The notes: a model not told the origin generated them from the letters alone. A DNA stretch of 64,000 nt from a virus (IMGVR_UViG_3300013137_000013:12246-76245), one strand, 5' to 3'; shown: positions 41,401 through 50,117, counted from the first letter of the stretch. A program made the numbers and translations.

Positions 41401-41895
41401 GATGGGATTCCTGCTAAAATAATCAGAAGAAAACTTCCAATTATTAACAACAAAATTAACAGTATACTTAGCACAATTGTAAATTTCAAAATAGAGATGA
41501 GCATAACTATAAAGGGGGATATTATAGAAGGTTTTTATTTTAGTCCAGATAAATCAGATATGCTTCCTCTTGCATTTGCTTCGGGGGCTCAAAAATTTAT
41601 TTCCAGCGTTGTTATTAAAGATGCTTTACATTATATGAGCAATCTTATAAAACCATCACTAAACATCATTGATGAAGGATTTGGAACTCTTGATGATGAT
41701 TTAATTTCTGGAATTATAATCGTTCTTCAGTATCTTAAAAACAAATACAAAAATGTGCTTATAATTACCCATAGAAATGAAATCAAAGATAGCGTAAACA
41801 ATATCATAGAGGTATATAAAACATATGAAAACATTCCCCAGGAAGTTCTTGATGTAAATGAGCATGCTGGAATTACTCAACTTAATATTTCTTAA
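38425..41895 (+). CDS. Fused SbcD (Mre11/gp47) nuclease and SbcC (Rad50/gp46) ATPase
   Basis: Nuclease motifs SDIH, TGD, GNHD, FHG, GDIH. ATPase motifs: Walker A GKNYSGKS, Zn-hook CPTCG, signature ASGAQK, Walker B/D-loop IIDEGFGTLD, H-loop ITH. Confidence 0.92.
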   Translation: MKIAHLSDIHIRFASRHDEYREVFKRLFDDLKKQKPNRIAITGDLNHLKVNMSPGSIDLTSEFLINLAKIAPVDIILGNHDVNLQQKEQGDTITPIFNVADRFSDLMSESVKKSIKKSFIIGKDNANTVDFSKKGIYFFPDSDFYKISETLVYGVYSCKDDKILTLTKKEPGVKYVALFHGQLKGARGDNGYELVGDDLLNVTTFNNFDVVFLGDIHEHQAFREDESMAYCGSLIQQDYGESINKGYLMWDLEKNSFQRRYILNDYGFAKITISKGELFEERIENIKFSNDKKRTKVYIVWEDYEENYSTEKESQIAKLVKEKFGCDVVKVEFSEIKKLQQENTDVADSRNKETFLQQLADYIKEINPDEDEDVVKEVLQLAETIDKELEISDKVEDVKLWNVDCVEISNIFSFPEKPTIVNFEKLRGSTGIFGKNYSGKSNVVKAIVWGLYQHILGGGNAKKIVNIYTSSNKGYVKIHLTVDGEKYYFKREVITKIDKHGESSNTYPIEYKKLVIDDSGKEKWVSEISDKKSNDRKEIKNIILAAIGTVEDFTKVCLQTQGGKEDYINQDQQPKNDLVNKYLGLEPFRDRYEYGNKNFNDVKKKQKELGDIVSLQSTVLEIENNILKLQKEYDLLVDEREKSEKQKDVLNNKVLELSKNLKQYVQLSKDEIEDESLILSNISALEEQVKDDGTKLQELSDWVSVNFKRELPFDENETIESLSSELTKESSEFTKDKNKYIEVENWIKSNPLRPLANIEGYDLIIQNLNIQIVGLQAKLPTYKGEKCPTCGHVTTQPNPDLYNQCLQDITTQTGLMNNYINAVNKYRDDVAHNNTCDLQNSNLQTLRATLTARKNRKESLTQRIALISQSQDILVYNQTVEDKNKLLNSTRSAIDLKKKFIDKLNTNLEKVRQNTESKSHNASTENEIFNIQEQSKSYKFAAYGLSQDINNKNGDIRVEKNNLENYKSKLDEVKAAEKIYKKYSLYLQAVHRDGIPAKIIRRKLPIINNKINSILSTIVNFKIEMSITIKGDIIEGFYFSPDKSDMLPLAFASGAQKFISSVVIKDALHYMSNLIKPSLNIIDEGFGTLDDDLISGIIIVLQYLKNKYKNVLIITHRNEIKDSVNNIIEVYKTYENIPQEVLDVNEHAGITQLNIS

Positions 41896-41970
41896 TATGC
41901 AAAAATAAGGAGTTTTAAAACAAAAGAAAATGCTGAAAAAGCCTTACTTTTGTTCAAAAAAAGAGTTTAT

Positions 41971-42022
41971 AAAACGGAGCGTAAAACCCACCCACCAGCT
42001 TTGCTGTGGGTGGGGAGTTCAC
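41971..42022 (+). mobile_element. 52-bp IS200/IS605-type single-hairpin mini-element (PATE-like)
   Basis: Preceded by TTTAT and ends in GTTCAC. Hairpin CCCACCCA-C-CAGC-TTT-GCTG-TGGGTGGG has the same architecture as the ends of the other two elements. Confidence 0.65.
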
Positions 42023-42036
42023 TAAAAACTTATAAA

Positions 42037-42417
42037 ATGAATTCAGAACAAAGAAAAAAATATGACGAGCAAGTTGCCTTAGAATACAAAAGTAGAAAAG
42101 AAAAATCTCTAAAAGAAAAGGAAAAGGCCAGGCAGACCCAACAAAAAAAAATGTTAGAACCAGCCATTAAAAAAAACATAGTTATTTGGATTGACAAATT
42201 TAATAATGGAAATGTTTATGAAGGAAGTTTTGGTAAAGAAATTTGCTTTGAAATCAAAAGAGGGTTGTTATCTTTTTCTTTAAAAATAGTTCATCCAGAA
42301 TTAAAAACGCCAAGTAAGAACAATGTTTCTACTGAGCTTATTAAATTACAAGAAATAGCAAATAAAATTCTTTGGAACAATCCTAAGTTTCTATTAAAAT
42401 TTAAACCCGTCTCTTAA
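42037..42417 (+). CDS. Hypothetical protein
   Basis: Start set at MNSEQ, downstream of the mini-element. Confidence 0.7.
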   Translation: MNSEQRKKYDEQVALEYKSRKEKSLKEKEKARQTQQKKMLEPAIKKNIVIWIDKFNNGNVYEGSFGKEICFEIKRGLLSFSLKIVHPELKTPSKNNVSTELIKLQEIANKILWNNPKFLLKFKPVS

Positions 42418-43143
42418 AAATTTATTCCAAGGCTTTTTAAGATACAAATTTCTTCTTTCTCTTTCTGTCATTGATTTTTCAGCTCCAGTTTCTGGAGCTT
42501 TTTCTTCTGGTGCCTCTGGGGTTTCTACATTTTCTGGCGCTTCCGCTGGGATTGGTCCAGTTGGAGTAACTTTTGACAAATCAATTGGTTCGCCCAACTT
42601 TTCTCCCCTACCTTCTCTATCATCTCTTTCGACTTCTGCGTTTGTAATGTCGTACTGGTCTGTAATTGTGACAAATCTTCTGTCTCCTTTTTTATATCCT
42701 GGGGGATATTCATAAAAGAATTTATCTGTAAACCACATACTTTTAAAACTTTTTGGGTCAAGGTCAAATAATCTCCAAACGCTTTCAGTTTCTTGACTTC
42801 TTGTTCCAGTTTTTTGTGCGGCTCTTTCTGATTGTCCAGCCAGGTGAAAAGCACTCAATTTAAGCGGAACCCCTGATTTTGTTTTATATGTTCCCAATGT
42901 AACGGGAAGAATAATTCTAAATTTTGTAATTGGCATATCAGTACTTTTGTAAGATATGCCTATTGCCCTACCTTCACGAATAGCTTGTTTTAGCATGTTT
43001 AAATCGAAACCCTGAACTCTTTGCCAGCTTTTGTCATATGCCTTCGTCAAATCCTCTCTATTGAAGTCAATGACCTCATCAAGTGGCATTATCCCAGCCA
43101 GCTTCATTATTCTACTTTTATATGACTCAGAAAGAAAACCCAT
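42394..43143 (-). CDS. WYL-like domain protein with N-terminal LSES..RIMKLAGI leader
   Basis: AIREGRAIGISYK..FRIILPVTLG..LSAFHLAG.S...WRLF; late-motif variant TATTTATT at 43148-43155. Confidence 0.55.
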   Translation of the reverse strand: MGFLSESYKSRIMKLAGIMPLDEVIDFNREDLTKAYDKSWQRVQGFDLNMLKQAIREGRAIGISYKSTDMPITKFRIILPVTLGTYKTKSGVPLKLSAFHLAGQSERAAQKTGTRSQETESVWRLFDLDPKSFKSMWFTDKFFYEYPPGYKKGDRRFVTITDQYDITNAEVERDDREGRGEKLGEPIDLSKVTPTGPIPAEAPENVETPEAPEEKAPETGAEKSMTERERRNLYLKKPWNKFLRDGFKF

Positions 43144-43189
43144 ATGTAATAAATATGGAAATAATCTTATTTTTTAGGATTTTTTTTAT

Positions 43190-43197
43190 TATATTTG
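43190..43197 (+). promoter_or_regulatory. Bacteroidota-type -7 element TATATTTG
   Basis: Upstream of 43212. Confidence 0.6.
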
Positions 43198-43211
43198 CAA
43201 AAAAACGAATT

Positions 43212-44156
43212 ATGACTATAAAAGTAATAGACAAAAAAATAATTAAAGACGACTTGCACGCTTCCTTGGGACAAGATAGCAACAATACCCATATTAGCTT
43301 TAGTGAATTTTCTCTTTATAATGAATGTGGCCAAAAACATTTAATTTTTAAATATCTCGCTCTTGATACTCAAGAGCAATCTATACATTTATTCTTTGGA
43401 AATGCTATTCATGAGTCAATCGAGATGGGTGTAAAAAATGGACTTAACAATGAACAAAGAGCAAAATATTTTGCGAACAAGTTCAAAAAAGACATGATGG
43501 ATAACATGCTTCATGATAAGCAATTTGCTGATGTAGAAGATTTTATTGAGCAAGGAAAGCATATTTTGTTAATACTCGACACAGAAGTTCTTTTAAAGGG
43601 TTATCAAATTGTAAGTGTAGAAGACCCCTTATACGAAGTAATATATAAAAAATTCAGATTCAAGGGATTTATTGACCTTATTGCTTATAATCCAACTACA
43701 GGAAGATATTTAATTATTGATTGGAAAACCTCTGGAGAAGAATGGAATGTTGACAAAAAGAAAAAAGATGACATTTTTCTTTGCCAGATGCGTTTTTACA
43801 AGTTTTTCTGGGGCAGAAAGAGCAAAGTACCACTTGATAAAATTGATTGCAAATACGTTGTTTTAAATAGGCTTAAAAACAAAAAGAACCCCCAGGGTGG
43901 ATTTGGAGAAATTCAGATAGTTGATATTAATTCTACTGAAGCAGAGATTTTTGAATCATTAGACAGACTTGGCAATACTTTAAAAAACATTCACGTAGAA
44001 AAAATCTTTCCCAAAGTTAAATTTACTGGAAACGAAAGATTTAACTGTATGTTTTGTAAATATAAGGGAGGAATTCACCCCCTCTGCAACTCTAAGTATA
44101 ATCAATATGTAGAGTTGTTACAGGAACATGAACATAAAAAACTTACTAATATTTAA
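43212..44156 (+). CDS. PD-(D/E)xK nuclease, Cas4/RecB/AddB-like
   Basis: SFSEFSLYNEC, FGNAIHE, E..L..FKGFIDL..IIDWKT, QMRFY, CMFC..C (four Cys). Confidence 0.85.
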   Translation: MTIKVIDKKIIKDDLHASLGQDSNNTHISFSEFSLYNECGQKHLIFKYLALDTQEQSIHLFFGNAIHESIEMGVKNGLNNEQRAKYFANKFKKDMMDNMLHDKQFADVEDFIEQGKHILLILDTEVLLKGYQIVSVEDPLYEVIYKKFRFKGFIDLIAYNPTTGRYLIIDWKTSGEEWNVDKKKKDDIFLCQMRFYKFFWGRKSKVPLDKIDCKYVVLNRLKNKKNPQGGFGEIQIVDINSTEAEIFESLDRLGNTLKNIHVEKIFPKVKFTGNERFNCMFCKYKGGIHPLCNSKYNQYVELLQEHEHKKLTNI

Positions 44157-44172
44157 TATAAAACTTTAGAAT

Positions 44173-44577
44173 ATGGCATATTACAGTAAAGAAGGTGTAA
44201 AAAAATACATCAATGAAAACAATGACAAAATTGAAAACAAGGGACATAAATCCATAACACCAGTTGAGCATTCATTTATGCAATTAGACGACGAGGAAGA
44301 TGTTGTGGGATTCTTCTGGATGGACATTAACGAAGAAAGCGGTGACGGTGCAAAGGTTAAAATGCAAGGAAAAACATTTGTCAGAATTGATTTTAATTTA
44401 TACACGGACGACAGATTTGCAATAGACCTCTATCAATCTCAGGCAGAAGGCACAACTGTTACTCAAGTAATTAAAAACAGAGAGATAGACCAGGAGCGTG
44501 CAAAAAAGTCTATAAAAGAGAACAAGGAAGATTTAGAAGATGGCCTTTCTGACAAATTACACCACAAAGAAGAATAA
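44173..44577 (+). CDS. Hypothetical protein
   Basis: ORF in operon. Confidence 0.7.
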   Translation: MAYYSKEGVKKYINENNDKIENKGHKSITPVEHSFMQLDDEEDVVGFFWMDINEESGDGAKVKMQGKTFVRIDFNLYTDDRFAIDLYQSQAEGTTVTQVIKNREIDQERAKKSIKENKEDLEDGLSDKLHHKEE

Positions 44578-44580
44578 AAT

Positions 44581-44916
44581 ATGGAACTAAGCGAACTATA
44601 CGAACTTACTGCACTTAACGAACTCGATTTACTTTATAAACTCATTGAAATTGCTGAATCAAACAAAAAAGATGCAGAAAAAATTTTAAGAGGGGAAAAG
44701 GCTGCTGGGATTCGCATGCGTGATAGTTTACAGGATGTTAAAACATTATGCGAAATTATAAGAGACCAAATACAAATAAGAAAAGGAATGGAGTGGGGAC
44801 CAAAAAGAGTTTCTGCTTTAGACAAGGCCATCAATGAAGCTCAAAAAAGACAAATAAAGGATAAAGAATTAATTGATAAGAAAAAAAGAGAGCGCCTGGC
44901 AAGGCTTGCAAGATAA
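44581..44916 (+). CDS. Hypothetical protein (weak resemblance to Bacteroidota histone H1-like Hc1 proteins)
   Basis: DAEKILRGEKAAGIRMRDSLQDVK..C..IR. Confidence 0.5.
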   Translation: MELSELYELTALNELDLLYKLIEIAESNKKDAEKILRGEKAAGIRMRDSLQDVKTLCEIIRDQIQIRKGMEWGPKRVSALDKAINEAQKRQIKDKELIDKKKRERLARLAR

Positions 44917-44920
44917 GAAT

Positions 44921-46867
44921 ATGGCAAAACGGACAAAAAAAGAACAAGACAATCAAGAAGTTAACGTTGTAAAAATAAGAAAGCTTAAAGTTAACTTCGA
45001 ATTAAGGTATGACTACTTAAAAGTCCTGACTGAATATATAAAAAGACTTCCCAAAGAGCACAGGTCTTTTAGAAAAGATAGTGTTATAGGAATGGATGGA
45101 CATCCAAAAGATGAATGGGTGAGAATCGTCAGTGAGGCTAAAATGGGAGAAATTGTTACATTTTTAATTGATAATAAAATTAAATTTGCTTTTGAAAACA
45201 TTACTTCTGATGTATTAGATAGGTTTAGAAATGAATACCTTGAAAGGCTAAGAAAAATATCTGAAGTTTTAAAATTAAAAGCCGAACAATTAGATATTTC
45301 TGGGGAAGATTATTCCTTCATGAAAATCCAGCCATATGATTATCAAAAAAAGGCCATCAAATTTTTCGAAATAAACGATGGAATTTCAATATTAGGAGAC
45401 CAACCTGGTGTCGGAAAAACCTGCCCCGCATTTGCTTACGCATCAAAATATAAATTAAAAACATTAGTAGTTTGTCCAGCATCATTAAAGCTGATGTGGA
45501 GGAAAGAGATATTAAAATTCACCAATGAAAATGCTTTTGTTTATAAATTAAAACCAAAAAAGAAAAGTAAATTAATAACCCATACAAAGGAAGAGTCTTT
45601 ATTCCATATTACTAATTACGAAGCAATAGAATCATACATAAAACTTGAATACCACCATAAATGTAGTGGTAATATTCTACAAACAAAAGGGGGAATGGGT
45701 AAATGCACATGGGAACAAACAGACCTTACCAAACAATACAAAAAGTGTCCCATTTGCGAAAATACTGGCACTGTTAAATCAAGAATTGTAGATTTAGTTT
45801 ATTTTAACGATGCTTTTGGACAAGAAATAAATCCAGCAGATTATGATTTAATCATTATTGATGAATGTCATAGAATGAAGGAGTTAAAGACAACTTGGAC
45901 AAAAATTATTCATCGAGCATTTGCTTGTATTCCCAAAAAACTTTTATTATCTGGAACTGTTATAAAAAGTCGTCCATTTGAATTTTTCTCCACACTTAAT
46001 TTTATAATGCCAGAAGAATGGAAAAATTCTCATGAATTCGGTGTAAGATATGGTGCAGGATATCAAGATAATTTTGGATGGAATTATAATGGTGCATCTA
46101 ACTTAGAAGAATTATTTACCAGGGTATCCCCCTACTTTTTAAGGAGGCTTAAACGTGATGTTTTAAAAGAACTTCCTCCAAAAACATATCTTGAAATTCC
46201 CCTTGAACTTGATGACAAAGAATATGCAGAATATCAAAAATTAAAAGAAGGGGTCAAAAAAGAAATAGTTGATGGAAAAGAAGTTGAGAAAAAAGATTCA
46301 TATTTAACTTCAGTTCATAAGCTTAAAAAATTTCTTGGCAAAATTAAGGTTAAAAAAGCAAAAGAAATTATAGAAGATATAATTGATGGTGGCGAAAAGG
46401 TAGTTGTAATTTCAGATTACCAGGAAATGGCCGAAGAAATTGCTGATATGTTTAAAGGAATATCGGTTCTTCATACTGGTTCTTTGAGTGATGTTGATAA
46501 ACAAACTTCGGTTGATAGATTTCAAGAAGAAAAGGAAATTAAAGTTTTTTCTGGAATGGTAATTGCCTCTGGGGTTGGAAATACGTTGACGGCTGCCAGT
46601 AAACTTATTAAATTGGGATTTTCATGGACTCCTTCAGATGAAGAGCAGGTAGAAGACCGAATTCATAGAGCAAGTACCACAGCTGATACAATAGAGATTA
46701 TAACCTTATATTGCCTGGATACTATTGATGAAGACATCATGGAATTATTGAACGAAAAGTCATATATCGTTACAAAGGCATTAGACAATAAAGAATATAA
46801 AAAACAGAGTACCACCGTAGATGAAAGTATTTTCAAAGACTTATTAAGAAGGATTCAAGAAAAATAA
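44921..46867 (+). CDS. SNF2-family helicase (SMARCAL1/HARP-like) with Zn-ribbon insertion
   Basis: PYDYQ, DQPGVGKT, VCPASLK..W..E, DECH, LSGT, LRRLK.DVL.ELPPK, QVEDRIHR. Confidence 0.9.
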   Translation: MAKRTKKEQDNQEVNVVKIRKLKVNFELRYDYLKVLTEYIKRLPKEHRSFRKDSVIGMDGHPKDEWVRIVSEAKMGEIVTFLIDNKIKFAFENITSDVLDRFRNEYLERLRKISEVLKLKAEQLDISGEDYSFMKIQPYDYQKKAIKFFEINDGISILGDQPGVGKTCPAFAYASKYKLKTLVVCPASLKLMWRKEILKFTNENAFVYKLKPKKKSKLITHTKEESLFHITNYEAIESYIKLEYHHKCSGNILQTKGGMGKCTWEQTDLTKQYKKCPICENTGTVKSRIVDLVYFNDAFGQEINPADYDLIIIDECHRMKELKTTWTKIIHRAFACIPKKLLLSGTVIKSRPFEFFSTLNFIMPEEWKNSHEFGVRYGAGYQDNFGWNYNGASNLEELFTRVSPYFLRRLKRDVLKELPPKTYLEIPLELDDKEYAEYQKLKEGVKKEIVDGKEVEKKDSYLTSVHKLKKFLGKIKVKKAKEIIEDIIDGGEKVVVISDYQEMAEEIADMFKGISVLHTGSLSDVDKQTSVDRFQEEKEIKVFSGMVIASGVGNTLTAASKLIKLGFSWTPSDEEQVEDRIHRASTTADTIEIITLYCLDTIDEDIMELLNEKSYIVTKALDNKEYKKQSTTVDESIFKDLLRRIQEK

Positions 46868-46898
46868 TTAGTAAATTAATTTTTTATTTTTTTTTCTA

Positions 46899-46906
46899 TA
46901 TTTATA
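46899..46906 (+). promoter_or_regulatory. Putative late promoter TATTTATA
   Basis: Upstream of 46930. Confidence 0.7.
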
Positions 46907-46929
46907 GGAAATGTAAAAAAAATATTGCT

Positions 46930-47697
46930 ATGAAAATTAAAAAATCTATCGTAGAACAGATAATAAAAGAAGAAGCTGTAAAAGTTAAGAAACTTATTTC
47001 TTTAAACGAAGAAAAAAAGGTTATTCTCAAACAGCTCAACGAATTATATGAAGAACAACCAGAAGAAGAGCCAGTAATGGAAGAAGATTCAATTTTAAGT
47101 TTGATTCCAGACCCAAAAGACCAGCAAATCGCACAACAAGACATTCAACAGGCACAGCAAACTGGACAACAAGCCACACCAACTACATTAGAAGAAGAAA
47201 TGCTAAGTGAAGCTATGGGTGGAGTATTGGGAAAACTTCAAAATTTGTTACTTGGTAAATTAAAAGCCCAAAACCCAGAAGGTTTTGAACAAGCTGCAGA
47301 TGCTGTTGGACAGAAATATGCTAACGCATCATATGCAGATATATTCAAAAGTGTTAAAGCAGCAGCACAGCCTGTAATGGAAGAAGCAGTTGCAACAGGT
47401 AAAAAAACAATGACCAAAGATGAGGCTAAATCAACAGTTGAAAAAGTTGCTGGTAAAGTCGGAAGTGCTTTAGGTATTGCAGCCCCAATCACTTACTTTG
47501 CAAGTGCTATGTGGACAGCCGCAACAGGAACAGGTTTCGGAATACCTTCAATACTTGGCATGGCATCTGGTGGTCTTTTAGCAGCAGCCGTTGTTGCTGG
47601 ATTAATTTATCTTCTTGCTGTTTATTACAAACAGAAAAAGCAGCAAAAACCTGCAGCACCAGCAGCTAAAGCACCAGCCGCAGCTCCACAAGCTTAA
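46930..47697 (+). CDS. Late Glu-rich protein with two C-terminal hydrophobic helices
   Basis: IIKEE/LNEE/VMEE motifs, TM-like segments and an Ala/Pro tail. Confidence 0.7.
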   Translation: MKIKKSIVEQIIKEEAVKVKKLISLNEEKKVILKQLNELYEEQPEEEPVMEEDSILSLIPDPKDQQIAQQDIQQAQQTGQQATPTTLEEEMLSEAMGGVLGKLQNLLLGKLKAQNPEGFEQAADAVGQKYANASYADIFKSVKAAAQPVMEEAVATGKKTMTKDEAKSTVEKVAGKVGSALGIAAPITYFASAMWTAATGTGFGIPSILGMASGGLLAAAVVAGLIYLLAVYYKQKKQQKPAAPAAKAPAAAPQA

Positions 47698-47720
47698 TTA
47701 AATTATAGCAATTATAAACA

Positions 47721-47747
47721 AAAAAGCCCCGCATTGGGGCTTTTTTT
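47721..47747. terminator. Bidirectional terminator
   Basis: AAAAAGCCCC-loop-GGGGCTTTTTTT between convergent genes. Confidence 0.8.
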
Positions 47748-48072
47748 ATTTCTTATCTTCTGGTTTATCTTCAGGTTCCTGAAAGTTATTATTAATACTA
47801 TGAACTACGCCGTCAATCATGCCATGTACCTCAATCACTTTTTTCTTGAATAAAAATCTATACATTAACTCAAAGAAAATTGGATAAATGATAAGAGAAA
47901 GTGTAATAAAGCCAAGCGTTTGCTGAGTGATGGAAAAATCAATCTTCATGGCAACGGGTGCCATAAAAATGAAAAAATTAACGAAAAATCCCATACCTTT
48001 ACTAAATAAGGTTTTGAGGGCAATAAGAAAAATTTTTACTATTCTCCAACCGATGTTTGCCTTTGTTTCCAT
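47746..48072 (-). CDS. Small membrane protein
   Basis: Two to three hydrophobic segments; divergent from the endolysin. Confidence 0.65.
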   Translation of the reverse strand: METKANIGWRIVKIFLIALKTLFSKGMGFFVNFFIFMAPVAMKIDFSITQQTLGFITLSLIIYPIFFELMYRFLFKKKVIEVHGMIDGVVHSINNNFQEPEDKPEDKK

Positions 48073-48198
48073 AATTACGTTTCTTTTGTTTGTTTCTACT
48101 AAATAATACGAAAATTAACAAAAAATGTTGCAAATTAATTATCTTTTATTTGGAAATATTATTTTTTTTCGTATGGCGAATATTAGAAAAAAAATACC

Positions 48199-48206
48199 TA
48201 TTTATA
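48199..48206 (+). promoter_or_regulatory. Putative late promoter TATTTATA
   Basis: Upstream of the endolysin. Confidence 0.7.
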
Positions 48207-48222
48207 AAGAAATGTATTTCAT

Positions 48223-49122
48223 ATGGTAAAGTTTGGTGACATAGGTACAGAAGTAGCTGAAGTACAAAAGCTATTGTCCCTTTTAGGCTACGACTTAATA
48301 GTTGACGCTTCCTATGGTAATAAAACACTTAGGTCTGTAAATGCTTTTCAAAAAAAATATGGACTTGTTCAGGATGGGATTGTGGGCGAAAAAACGATGA
48401 CTGCCTTAAAAGCGGCACAAAAAAGAACATCTAAAGAAAACGCAACTCCACTTGATTCAGTTGATTATGGCGATTTGATAATAAAAACAGATTGTCCTAT
48501 GCCAGACCAACAATATGTAAAACAAGTAACTCAAAAAAGTCAGATATTTCTTCATTTTACCGCTGGAGGTTCCAGTGCAAAAGCCACAATAAACTATTGG
48601 ACAAGCGACCCAGTCCAAGTTGCTACTGCTTATGTTATTGATGGAGACTCTGGGCTTCCATATCAAGCTTTTCATCCAGATTATTGGGGTTGGCATCTTG
48701 GGGCAAAAGGCACCAATGGGAAGCTCGATAAAGCGTCAATAGGAATAGAAATATGCGCCTTTGGTCCACTTGTTAAAAAGGGCGAAAATTATTATGCATG
48801 GCCAAACAATTACAATACAAAAGTGAATTCTTCAAATGTTTATACCTTGGATAGTCCATTTAGACAGTACACATACTATTTTAAATATACTGACAAACAA
48901 ATAGAAAACCTTGAAAAGCTTTTAATATTTCTAATAAAGAAATACAATATTAAAGTACAAGAAAAATTCGATTTACAATGGCTTGAATATAATCAAGAAT
49001 TACTTGATAAATGTTTGCCTGGAATATGGTCTCATACCAATGTTAGAAAAGATAAGTTTGATACATATCCAGATGCAAGATTATTTGAAATGCTCAATAG
49101 AATAGCTAAGCAATTTAATTAA
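48223..49122 (+). CDS. Endolysin: peptidoglycan-binding domain plus N-acetylmuramoyl-L-alanine amidase (Amidase_2)
   Basis: GD.G.EV..VQ.LL..AFQKKYGL..DGIVGEKT; LHFTAG, WHLG, SIGIEIC, SH..VRKDK.D. Confidence 0.88.
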   Translation: MVKFGDIGTEVAEVQKLLSLLGYDLIVDASYGNKTLRSVNAFQKKYGLVQDGIVGEKTMTALKAAQKRTSKENATPLDSVDYGDLIIKTDCPMPDQQYVKQVTQKSQIFLHFTAGGSSAKATINYWTSDPVQVATAYVIDGDSGLPYQAFHPDYWGWHLGAKGTNGKLDKASIGIEICAFGPLVKKGENYYAWPNNYNTKVNSSNVYTLDSPFRQYTYYFKYTDKQIENLEKLLIFLIKKYNIKVQEKFDLQWLEYNQELLDKCLPGIWSHTNVRKDKFDTYPDARLFEMLNRIAKQFN

Positions 49123-49123
49123 T

Positions 49124-49417
49124 ATGACAACACAAGACGAATTAAAAGTTCGAGAACTAATTAAATCTGCTATTGACAAAGAACTCAAAAAGCAGAAAGA
49201 AGAATTTGAAAAAAAAATTCTTCAATCAATAAAAGATAGTGAAAAAACTCAAAAAGAAGAATTTTTAAAATCTTTGAAGAAAGAAATTGATGCTTTTGAT
49301 AAAAAAACTATGACAAAAGAAGACGTAAAAAACCTTATGATTAAAGCTTTTGTTAGACAAAATAGATTCATGTGGGAAAAATCAAAATTTATAACCTCTT
49401 ATTTTAAAGAATTATAA
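49124..49417 (+). CDS. Hypothetical coiled-coil protein
   Basis: ORF 1 nt after the endolysin stop. Confidence 0.7.
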   Translation: MTTQDELKVRELIKSAIDKELKKQKEEFEKKILQSIKDSEKTQKEEFLKSLKKEIDAFDKKTMTKEDVKNLMIKAFVRQNRFMWEKSKFITSYFKEL

Positions 49418-49418
49418 T

Positions 49419-50117
49419 ATGGACGAAGTTGCAAGAAAAAAAGTATTAGAAATAATCAGAAAGTCTATAGATGAAGTTGTCTATGACGAAATGAGACAAA
49501 TGCCTGGCAGAATTCAAGCTAGACAAGAAGAATTTAAAAAAACCAGGTCACAAAGAGCCCAAGATGCTCACGAAGCACTATTTGGAAAAGAAGATGAAGA
49601 AGTTAACTACAGACTAAGTCTTCATGAAGAAGAAGATAAAAAACCTAAAATAACCACCAATGAGCTCTCTCAGTTTGAAAAGGAGTTTAAAAGTCGTTTT
49701 CCCGATATTACTTTTGACAAACAAAATGCCCCTGGGCAAAATGGCCAAATTGTAGATTTTCCAATAATAAATGGGAAAAAAGATGCTGTTGCTTCTGGTA
49801 AAATAATTATTGATAAAGAAACAGTTGGATTCACAATGTCACTATCCGACGGATTTAAAATTAAAAGCACAATTGAAAACGGTAAGCCAAAAGAGTTTGA
49901 GATTAAATCAGAAACAAAAGATGTCTTTGGAAAAATTCTTAATTTATTCGACGAACTGTTTAAGAAAAAATTCAACGAAATTATTAATCCTATTAAAGAA
50001 CCTGCAGCTGATACAATAGCTGCCCCCGAAGGAGGAGTTCCTCCAGTGGCAGCGGCAGCACCAGCACCAGCTCCAGGTGGAGAAACTGCACCTCCAACCC
50101 CAGCTCCTGGAGTGTAA
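49419..50117 (+). CDS. Hypothetical protein with Pro/Ala-rich tail
   Basis: ORF in operon. Confidence 0.7.
   Translation: MDEVARKKVLEIIRKSIDEVVYDEMRQMPGRIQARQEEFKKTRSQRAQDAHEALFGKEDEEVNYRLSLHEEEDKKPKITTNELSQFEKEFKSRFPDITFDKQNAPGQNGQIVDFPIINGKKDAVASGKIIIDKETVGFTMSLSDGFKIKSTIENGKPKEFEIKSETKDVFGKILNLFDELFKKKFNEIINPIKEPAADTIAAPEGGVPPVAAAAPAPAPGGETAPPTPAPGV

Noticed and set aside
41950-42036. TTG-start N-terminal extension of the 42037 gene
   Set aside because: It runs through the mini-element hairpin; the ATG at 42037 has the typical A-rich leader.
45640-45800. Intein in the helicase
   Set aside because: Too short, with no C/S...HN splice-junction motifs.
47746-48072. Holin call for the membrane protein next to the endolysin
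   Set aside because: It is divergently transcribed and lacks the late motif; a holin role is possible but unsupported.
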